Source of the DNA: a virus
DNA length: 64,000 nt
Strand: one strand, 5' to 3'
IMG/VR virus record: IMGVR_UViG_3300010396_000038
Span: 204 to 64,203 of that record
Of the stretch, positions 34,372-41,365 are shown in pieces (the first letter of the stretch is position 1; every line of letters starts with the position of its first letter). The position numbers and the translations under genes were made by a program. The notes below the pieces were generated by a model. The model saw nothing but the letters and a program-made list of their open reading frames with translations. It did not search any database and was not told the DNA's origin.

Positions 34372-34445
34372 GCCCCGGTAGCTCAGCAGGACAGAGCGCA
34401 CGCCTCCTAAGCGTGAGGTCGCCGGTTCGAGTCCGGCCCGGGGCG
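34372..34445 (+). tRNA. tRNA-Arg (anticodon CCU)
   Basis: Acceptor GCCCCGG/CCGGGGC, D-arm GCTC-AGCAGGACA-GAGC, anticodon stem CACGC/GCGTG with loop CTCCTAA, T-arm GCCGG-TTCGAGT-CCGGC. Confidence 0.8.
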
Positions 34446-34491
34446 TACAATTGAAGCATGATTCGCATCAAGATAACGATAGGAGACGCGA

Positions 34492-35415
34492 ATGCCAGAT
34501 CACCGCGACGTAGGAGTTGTGGTAGGTAGGTTCCAGGTCCCCGAGCTGCACGACGCGCACAGGAACCTGATCCAGAGGGTGTGCGACTCGCACGGGAAGG
34601 TGCTGATCTTCCTTGGGGTCTCGCCGCTCTGGTCCACGAAGCAGAACCCGCTGGACTTCGAGGCCAGGAAGCAGATGATCCTCGCGGCGTTCCCGCAGGT
34701 GAGCGTCCTGTACGTCAAGGACGTGAACGACGACGCCCTGTGGTCCAAGCGCCTGGACGCGATGATCTCGGACGTGGTCACGCCGGCGCAGTCCGTGCTG
34801 CTGTACGGCGGCCGGGACTCGTTCGTGAGTCGGTACTCCGGCCGCTACCCGACCACGGAGCTGGAGCAGGACACCTGGGTGTCCGGCTCGGTGATCCGCG
34901 ACCAGGTCAGGAGGAGCTCCGTCAAGGCGACGGCCGACTTCCGGGCCGGCGTCGTGTGGGGCGCCTTCTGCAGGTACCCGACCTGCTACCCGACGGTGGA
35001 CGTGGCGATCCTCAACGAGAGCCAGACCAAGATCCTGCTCGGGCGCAAGCCCTACGAGAAGAAGTTCCGCCTGATCGGTGGGTTCGCGGAGCCGGACTCC
35101 GTCTCGTACGAGCAGGACGCCAGGCGCGAGGTGGCCGAGGAGGTCGGCGTCGAGATCACGGACCCGGAGTACATCGGGAGCTTCAAGGTCGACGACTGGC
35201 GGTACCGCGGGGAGACGGACAAGATCAAGACGCTCCTGTTCCTCGCGCGGTACATGCACGGCGTGGTGCGGCCGGGGGACGACATCGTGGAGGCCAGGTG
35301 GTTCCCCGTCGACGAGGCGGACGTCGTGGAGACGCACCGGCGCCTCATGACCGAGGTCAGGTACCACACCGACCGAGCCCGCAAGGCGAAGGTCCAAGAT
35401 ACGGATAAGGACTAG
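34492..35415 (+). CDS. nadM: bifunctional NMN adenylyltransferase / Nudix hydrolase (NadM-Nudix type)
   Basis: N-terminal nucleotidyltransferase GRFQVPELHDAHRNLI (H.AH motif). C-terminal Nudix box REVAEEVGVE. Confidence 0.75.
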   Translation: MPDHRDVGVVVGRFQVPELHDAHRNLIQRVCDSHGKVLIFLGVSPLWSTKQNPLDFEARKQMILAAFPQVSVLYVKDVNDDALWSKRLDAMISDVVTPAQSVLLYGGRDSFVSRYSGRYPTTELEQDTWVSGSVIRDQVRRSSVKATADFRAGVVWGAFCRYPTCYPTVDVAILNESQTKILLGRKPYEKKFRLIGGFAEPDSVSYEQDARREVAEEVGVEITDPEYIGSFKVDDWRYRGETDKIKTLLFLARYMHGVVRPGDDIVEARWFPVDEADVVETHRRLMTEVRYHTDRARKAKVQDTDKD

Positions 35416-35419
35416 GGAC

Positions 35420-36877
35420 ATGGACAACATCATCCTCGCCACGGACAGCTACAAGCTGACGCACTGGCGGCAGTACCCGCCCGGAACGCGGACGGTCTAC
35501 TCGTACCTCGAGAGCCGGGAGGGGGCGGAGTTCCCGGAGACGGTGTTCTTCGGGCTCCAGGCCGTCCTGAACCAGTACCTGCTCGACCCAGTCGAGCCGT
35601 GGATGCTGGTCGAGGCCGTCAACCTGGGCAGGGCGCACTTCGGGGCGGACCTGGTGAACGAGGCCGGCTGGCGGCGGGTCATCGGCGACCACGACGGGTA
35701 CCTGCCCCTCAGGATCCGGGCGGTGCCCGAGGGCACGCCCGTGCCCACGGGCAACGTGCTGATGACGGTCGAGAACACGGACCCGGAGCTACCGTGGCTG
35801 ACGAACGCCGTGGAGAGCCTGCTGACGCACGTCTGGTACCCGTCGACCGTGGCCACGCTGAGCCGCCAGGTCAAGAAGGACATCGCCCACTGGCTCGAGG
35901 CGACGACGGGCTCGACCGACGGCGCGGACCTGATGCTTCAGGACTTCGGGTACCGCGGGGCGGCGACGCACGACGCCGCGGCGATCGGCGGGGCCGCGCA
36001 CCTGGTCAACTTCCTGGGTTCGGACACGCTGCCGGCGATGCTGTTCGCCCAGGAGCACTACGGGGCGTCGTTCGACGGGCTGGCGTACTCCGTGCCGGCG
36101 ACCGAGCACTCGGTCATGACCGCGCGCGGCCGGGACGGCGAGGCGGACGTGGTCCGGCAGCTCCTGGACGCGTACCCGAGCGGGATCCTGTCGGTGGTCG
36201 CGGACAGCTACGACATCTACCGGTTCGTCGAGAAGTACGTGGGCGAGACGTTCAAGGCCCCGATCATGCAGCGAGACGGCACCTTCGTGGTGCGGCCCGA
36301 CTCGCTGACCAAGCACCACTGGACGCCGGAGACGCTCGTCCTGTGGATCGTCCAGAGCCTGGGCGGCAGTTTCGGGTACGAGACGACCCCGCAGGGGTAC
36401 AGGGTCCTGGATCCGCACGTGCGGGTCCTGTGGGGCGACGGGATCGACCGCGAGGGCGTCAGGGCGATCCTCTCGACGCTGGCGGGCGCCGGCTGGGCGG
36501 CCAACAACATGGTGTTCGGCATGGGCGGCGGCCTGCTGCAGAAAGTCAACCGGGACACGCAGCGGTTCGCGTTCAAGTGCTCCGCCATGGAGGACGCGGA
36601 CGGCTGGCGGGACGTCCAGAAGATGCCGCTCGACGCGAGCAAGGTCTCGAAGGCCGGCCGATTCCAGCTAAGCCGGTTCACGGACGAGCACGGCGACCCG
36701 CACTACGACACGCTGCCGCTCGGGACGAGGGTCGCCATGACTGCGGACATCAGGATCGGCCGGCACGGCGACGACCGCCGGAGCACCGAGTCCGACGTGC
36801 TCGAGGACGTCTTCCTGAACGGGGACCTCGAGCGGTACCAGAGGTTCGACGACGTCCGTCGTCGGGCGGCGCTCTGA
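35420..36877 (+). CDS. nadV: nicotinamide phosphoribosyltransferase (NAMPT/NadV)
   Basis: N-terminal NIILATDSYKLTHW signature; 485 aa. Confidence 0.85.
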   Translation: MDNIILATDSYKLTHWRQYPPGTRTVYSYLESREGAEFPETVFFGLQAVLNQYLLDPVEPWMLVEAVNLGRAHFGADLVNEAGWRRVIGDHDGYLPLRIRAVPEGTPVPTGNVLMTVENTDPELPWLTNAVESLLTHVWYPSTVATLSRQVKKDIAHWLEATTGSTDGADLMLQDFGYRGAATHDAAAIGGAAHLVNFLGSDTLPAMLFAQEHYGASFDGLAYSVPATEHSVMTARGRDGEADVVRQLLDAYPSGILSVVADSYDIYRFVEKYVGETFKAPIMQRDGTFVVRPDSLTKHHWTPETLVLWIVQSLGGSFGYETTPQGYRVLDPHVRVLWGDGIDREGVRAILSTLAGAGWAANNMVFGMGGGLLQKVNRDTQRFAFKCSAMEDADGWRDVQKMPLDASKVSKAGRFQLSRFTDEHGDPHYDTLPLGTRVAMTADIRIGRHGDDRRSTESDVLEDVFLNGDLERYQRFDDVRRRAAL

Positions 36878-36878
36878 C

Positions 36879-37070
36879 ATGTTCGACATGAGCTCGCCGG
36901 AGATGATCTCCTGGGAGGTCGCGTACGCGGACCGAGCCTCGTGGTTCGGGACGCTGTGCGACATCCGCAACATACACGAGACGCCCGACCGCGACGACGC
37001 GGCCCGCAGGGCGTCGCACGCGTCCGACGGCCCCACGGGCCGCGACGACGCGCCGCAGACGCTACAATAA
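36879..37070 (+). CDS. hypothetical protein (63 aa)
   Basis: High GC3. Confidence 0.35.
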   Translation: MFDMSSPEMISWEVAYADRASWFGTLCDIRNIHETPDRDDAARRASHASDGPTGRDDAPQTLQ

Positions 37071-37079
37071 GCAGAGAGA

Positions 37080-37104
37080 GGGCCCGGGGCGGTCGCCCCG
37101 GGCC
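37080..37104 (+). terminator. GC-rich stem-loop (GGCCCGGGGCG-gtc-CGCCCCGGGCC), terminator-like, no U-tract
   Basis: Perfect 10-11 bp inverted repeat directly after the NAD-salvage genes and before the RBS AAGGAGGA of the next gene. Confidence 0.45.
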
Positions 37105-37125
37105 TACATACCACAAGGAGGATCG

Positions 37126-37446
37126 ATGAAGTATCTCGTCCCCGCCGTGCTGTGCCTGTGCCTGGCCCTGACCGCCTGCGGTAAGGGCGGGTCGAGCCGA
37201 CTCGCGAACAACCCGCAGGCCAAGGCAGACGAGGCCAAGGCCGCGAAGATCTTCAAGGCCTGCGAGCCGTCCGACCCGACGTCCCTCCGCACGAAGTCGG
37301 GCCGCGTGAAGTTCGAGGACTGCGTGTTTCCGGTCAAGAACCGGACCGCCGGCGCGAAGTGCATCGTCAACGGTCTCATCGGGCACCTCCCGACCAAGGC
37401 CCGCGTCGAGCGCGTCTCCCTGACGTGCATCGGGCGGTACGCATGA
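37126..37446 (+). CDS. lipoprotein (signal + lipobox LTAC)
   Basis: MKYLVPAVLCLCLALTACGKGG. Confidence 0.6.
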   Translation: MKYLVPAVLCLCLALTACGKGGSSRLANNPQAKADEAKAAKIFKACEPSDPTSLRTKSGRVKFEDCVFPVKNRTAGAKCIVNGLIGHLPTKARVERVSLTCIGRYA

Positions 37447-38345
37447 GCGTTTCGCTTCACCGCCGGCTCAGGCCGGCCGCGACGCTCACCGGCACCGCGG
37501 CCTCGGTCAAGGTGAAGGTCGGGGGGCAGAGCCCCGGCCCGCCCTGGGTCTCGTTCCGCAAGAACCCGGCCAAGTGGGCGTTCTACACCGCGCAGACCCG
37601 CGCCTACCAGGTGGCCGTGGCGCACGTCGGCCTGTTCGCGGTGGCGGGCCTCTACTACCTACTGCTACAGACGAGGTACGACGTCGGCCCGGTGCACGTG
37701 TTCCTCAAGCCCTGGTGGGACGGCCTGTTCTCCTGGAAGAACTGGCCCACCATCCGGCACCTGATCCGGGACTGCGGCGAGGGCTTCCTGGGCACCCTAC
37801 TGGCGCTCATGCTGGTGACCAACTACTACAAGATCAAGGACAACGCGGTCAACCGGTTCCTGATCAAGATGTCGTCCGGCTGGACGATCCTCCTCGCGCC
37901 GCTCGTCATCATCCTCGCCGCGGTGCCGGGGTTCCTGCTCGGGTACGGCGTGATCGAGGGCCTGCGGCTGGTGCTCCACGCCCACACGCTCAACCCGACC
38001 CTGTCCGCGCACCCGTCGTTCGTCGCCAAGCTGTACGCGGACGACACCGACGCGAAGATCGTCGGCGTCTTCGGCGGCCTGCTGTTCGGGCACACCGCCG
38101 CGCGCCCCGTCTTCGCGACGATCCTGCGGTTCTTCGCTACCCGCCGGGTGGCCCGCGGCAAGCGGGACCGGGTCTGGCAGCCCGTGTACTTCCGGGCGCT
38201 CGTCAGGCAGACGGCCCTGGCGGGCACCGCGGCGGCCGTGGCGAAGACCCACGGCGCGCTCACCAAGCTGGGGGTCACGGTCGCCGTGGTCGCCCTGCTC
38301 GGGTTCGCCTACGAGGGGTACTACGTGATCCACCACTTCGCCTAG
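37443..38345 (+). CDS. polytopic membrane protein (about 300 aa)
   Basis: ATGA overlap start; multiple hydrophobic helices. Confidence 0.5.
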   Translation: MSVSLHRRLRPAATLTGTAASVKVKVGGQSPGPPWVSFRKNPAKWAFYTAQTRAYQVAVAHVGLFAVAGLYYLLLQTRYDVGPVHVFLKPWWDGLFSWKNWPTIRHLIRDCGEGFLGTLLALMLVTNYYKIKDNAVNRFLIKMSSGWTILLAPLVIILAAVPGFLLGYGVIEGLRLVLHAHTLNPTLSAHPSFVAKLYADDTDAKIVGVFGGLLFGHTAARPVFATILRFFATRRVARGKRDRVWQPVYFRALVRQTALAGTAAAVAKTHGALTKLGVTVAVVALLGFAYEGYYVIHHFA

Positions 38346-38358
38346 GTAGGGTAGGGAC

Positions 38359-38559
38359 ATGGCCAAGAACAAGAAGGCGGCGGACGACACGTCCGCGAAG
38401 GCGAGCGGCTCAGCCGTGATGCGCTGCGGCGTCGGCGCGTGCCGGGCCGGCCCGGCGGCGGAGTACCAGGACGCGCGGTACGGGCCCGGCAACCGGGTCC
38501 ACAACCGGACCAAGTCCAAGTGGACCTGCTCGGTCTGCGGCAACCAGAAGGGCGCGTAA
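38359..38559 (+). CDS. small basic Cys-containing protein (66 aa; C..C..CSVC zinc-ribbon-like)
   Basis: RBS GGTAGGGAC then ATG. Confidence 0.4.
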   Translation: MAKNKKAADDTSAKASGSAVMRCGVGACRAGPAAEYQDARYGPGNRVHNRTKSKWTCSVCGNQKGA

Positions 38560-38565
38560 CGCAGA

Positions 38566-38595
38566 AGAGGCCCCCGGCGTGAGCCGGGGGCCTCT
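38566..38595. terminator. bidirectional terminator-like hairpin (13-bp perfect GC-rich stem, loop GTGA) at the convergence point of + and - strand gene blocks
   Basis: AGAGGCCCCCGGC gtga GCCGGGGGCCTCT read directly from the sequence. Confidence 0.55.
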
Positions 38596-38624
38596 CTCGT
38601 CCTGCGGGGAACTGCGCCGTGTTT

Positions 38625-39470
38625 CTAGAGCGCCCGGACGATGTGGTTGAGCGCCAGGTAGGGCTGCATGTTGTTGTGGCCGCCGCCCGACCCCGCGCTG
38701 TTCGTGCCGGTGATGCCGGTCGACCCGCTCGCGGTGTTGCCGAGGGAGACGATCTCGGCGCCGGAGAAGGCGCCGATCGAGGGGATGATCGAGGAGCCCG
38801 AGAACGGGTTGACCCCGAACCCGACCCAGGTGCGGCCGAGGTTGTCCACCGGGACGGAGTTCCCGCCGAAGGTGTGGAAGTGCGTGGGGTCGGTGATGGT
38901 GTGGGAGTGCGACTGGAGGTCAGCGGCGACCGTCTCCGCGCCGCCCGTCGACCCGAGGGCGCGGTTGCTGAGCCCGGAGCCCTGGCCGGCGCCGACGATC
39001 GCCCGGCTCTTCGGGTTGGGGATGTTGAACGTGGTAGAGCCGTCGCCCGAGCCGTACGTGGTGCCGCAGAGCCCGAAGAGCCCCGAGTAGGTGCTCCGGC
39101 TCACGGCGCGGCCGTCCAGGACGAGCCACCTGATGGTGCCGTCCGGGTCGACCGGGTCGGACGACCCGACGTACGGCTGCACGGCCCCGACGGGCGGGCT
39201 GCCGGTGCCCGAGCCGCCCCCGCCCGACGGCTGGCCGGTGGGCACCCAGACCCAGGTGGTGCCCGTGTCCAGGAACCAGAGGGTGGTGTCGGTCGCGTAG
39301 TAGACTCGGCCCGCGAGGCTGGCCGCCGGCCGGTTCGTGAAGAGCCCCGACGAGAAGGTCACCGCGTTGTCGAGCGTCGCCGCCGCCGCCTGCGCGGTGG
39401 CCGGGTAGGACGACACGTTGTCGGTGCCGACCGGGTATACGATTCCGAGTCTGGATGTCGTTCCAGGCAA
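38625..39470 (-). CDS. tail fibre protein with C-terminal tail-collar domain
   Basis: C-terminal GGGHNNMQPYLALNHIV is the classic tail-collar-domain ending; Gly/Ser/Thr-rich fibre body. Confidence 0.7.
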   Translation of the reverse strand: MPGTTSRLGIVYPVGTDNVSSYPATAQAAAATLDNAVTFSSGLFTNRPAASLAGRVYYATDTTLWFLDTGTTWVWVPTGQPSGGGGSGTGSPPVGAVQPYVGSSDPVDPDGTIRWLVLDGRAVSRSTYSGLFGLCGTTYGSGDGSTTFNIPNPKSRAIVGAGQGSGLSNRALGSTGGAETVAADLQSHSHTITDPTHFHTFGGNSVPVDNLGRTWVGFGVNPFSGSSIIPSIGAFSGAEIVSLGNTASGSTGITGTNSAGSGGGHNNMQPYLALNHIVRAL

Positions 39471-39483
39471 AGCAGCAGCCTCC

Positions 39484-40089
39484 TTACGGCTGGGACTGGA
39501 AGACGCCGTTCCAGGTCTGGGTCTCGGCGTTCCATGTGTGGATGGCGGTGTTCCAGGCCCAGCCCTGGAGCGCCTCGTACGTGACCTGGATGCCCGCCGG
39601 CTTGGCGGCCTCGACCTCGTTGATCAGGTCCTGCAGGTTGGTGAGGAGCTGGGACTGCTGCACGGCCAGGATGACGTGGTACGCGTCGGGGGTGCCGTTG
39701 TTGGCCGTCCTCTCGATCAGGGTCACGGCCTGGGACCCCGTGAGGTGCTTGGCCGCCCCGTACATCATCGCGGCCGGCGTCCCGCGGGTCAGGTTGTTCG
39801 CGTTCAGGATCTCGGCCCTGGCCGTCGCGTCGTCCGTCCCGGGCGCCACGGTGGCGCCGATGAACTGCGCCAGGAACGGCAGGAACGCGGTCGGGCAGGC
39901 GTCCGGGTCGAGCAGCGTCGACCACCCCGCGGAGTAGTCCGGGTCGTCCGGGTCGCCCTGGTCCATCACGATCGAGTACGTGAGCTCGAACATCTGGCTG
40001 AGCGCTGTCAGGTAGTCTGTGGCGTCGCCGTTGACCCAGGGCTCGTAGTCGGCGAGGACGGACTCCGTGAACGTCGATTCCTGGGACAT
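39484..40089 (-). CDS. hypothetical tail-associated protein (201 aa)
   Basis: Position within the tail module; high GC3. Confidence 0.4.
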   Translation of the reverse strand: MSQESTFTESVLADYEPWVNGDATDYLTALSQMFELTYSIVMDQGDPDDPDYSAGWSTLLDPDACPTAFLPFLAQFIGATVAPGTDDATARAEILNANNLTRGTPAAMMYGAAKHLTGSQAVTLIERTANNGTPDAYHVILAVQQSQLLTNLQDLINEVEAAKPAGIQVTYEALQGWAWNTAIHTWNAETQTWNGVFQSQP

Positions 40090-40090
40090 G

Positions 40091-41353
40091 CTAGTTCAGC
40101 ACCGTGAAGGCGGTCAGGGGGAGCTGGGCGGCGGTCGTGATCGGCAGGGGGAACGGCCCCGGCATCACCAGGTCGGCCGTCCCCGTCGGCCCCGGCGAGA
40201 ACCCGATGGCCAGCGTGCCGGTCTCCACGAACAGGACGCCGGCCGACTGGGTGATGGTCGCCAGGATCTTGCCGATGTTGATGGTGGGCGTGTTGCTCCA
40301 CAACGTCCCGACTCCCGTCGACGACGGCGACGGGTACGGGTTGTTCCCGGGCCAGGTCGCCGGGCTCAGGAGGTTCAGGAGCGCCGTCTGGATGTTCTGC
40401 TGGACCGCCTGGACGGTGAAGGCGGTGTCCCGGAACACGGAGCACGTCACGTAGACGGGCGTGTAGGTCGGGGACACCACGTTGACGATGAAGTTGACCT
40501 CGCGGAAGCCGGCGATCCAGGACTGGATCGCGGAGAGGGTGTCGCTGTTGAGCGCGACGCCGTTGACGTCCGTCACGGCGACCGTGACCTCCCGCTCGTT
40601 CCCGTAGGTCCCGGTGCCGCCGGCCATCGACGACCAGCCCGGGCCGACCGGGAACTGCGGGTCGTACCCGTCGACGGCGGTCGCGCGGCCGACCTCCTGC
40701 TGGTCGGTCTCGACCGCGGGCTGGAAGTCCAGCACGAACGCGGCGTAGTCGCTCGCGGTGATCGGCCTCGGGGCCATCAGCTGGAGCTGGGCCGCGAGCC
40801 GGACCTGGTACTGGTCGGCGGTCTCGGCGTCGATGCCGCCGGCGGCCGGGGCCACGAGCGACACGGAGCTCACCCAGTCGATCTGCTGGTTGACGACCAC
40901 GCTCTGGGCGCCGGCGCCGTTGGGCTCGGAGCCCGGCGTGATCGAGAAGATCGGGAACGTCACGGACGTCTGCCCGGATGGCACCGCCTGGTCGAGCGAC
41001 GTCACGAAGCCGAAGGTGTTGTCGAGGAGGAACTGCGTGCCCGCCGGCAGGGTGTAGCCGGCCGCGTCGGTGGTGGCCAGCGTGACCTGCGCCTGGGACG
41101 ACGTGCCCTGTAGGGGCTGCACCCCGACGAGGTTCATGCCGTACTGCCTGAACAGGTCGTTGGCGCCCTGGGAGGCCTGGTACGCGACGTCGGACGCCCA
41201 CGCCGCGAAGATCACGGCCTGGATGTACTCGAGGTTCCCGGCCGACGGGGTGTAGCCCGGGAAGATCGACTGCATGTAGGTCAGCCACTGCTGGAGGAGG
41301 GCCTGAGGACTGACCGTCAGGCCGAGGTCGGTCAGCTGGAAGAAGGTGCTCAA
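40091..41353 (-). CDS. minor tail / baseplate-like protein (420 aa)
   Basis: Position and size; weak resemblance to baseplate J-like proteins, not verified. Confidence 0.35.
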   Translation of the reverse strand: MSTFFQLTDLGLTVSPQALLQQWLTYMQSIFPGYTPSAGNLEYIQAVIFAAWASDVAYQASQGANDLFRQYGMNLVGVQPLQGTSSQAQVTLATTDAAGYTLPAGTQFLLDNTFGFVTSLDQAVPSGQTSVTFPIFSITPGSEPNGAGAQSVVVNQQIDWVSSVSLVAPAAGGIDAETADQYQVRLAAQLQLMAPRPITASDYAAFVLDFQPAVETDQQEVGRATAVDGYDPQFPVGPGWSSMAGGTGTYGNEREVTVAVTDVNGVALNSDTLSAIQSWIAGFREVNFIVNVVSPTYTPVYVTCSVFRDTAFTVQAVQQNIQTALLNLLSPATWPGNNPYPSPSSTGVGTLWSNTPTINIGKILATITQSAGVLFVETGTLAIGFSPGPTGTADLVMPGPFPLPITTAAQLPLTAFTVLN

Positions 41354-41365
41354 GGGGCCTCCGTG

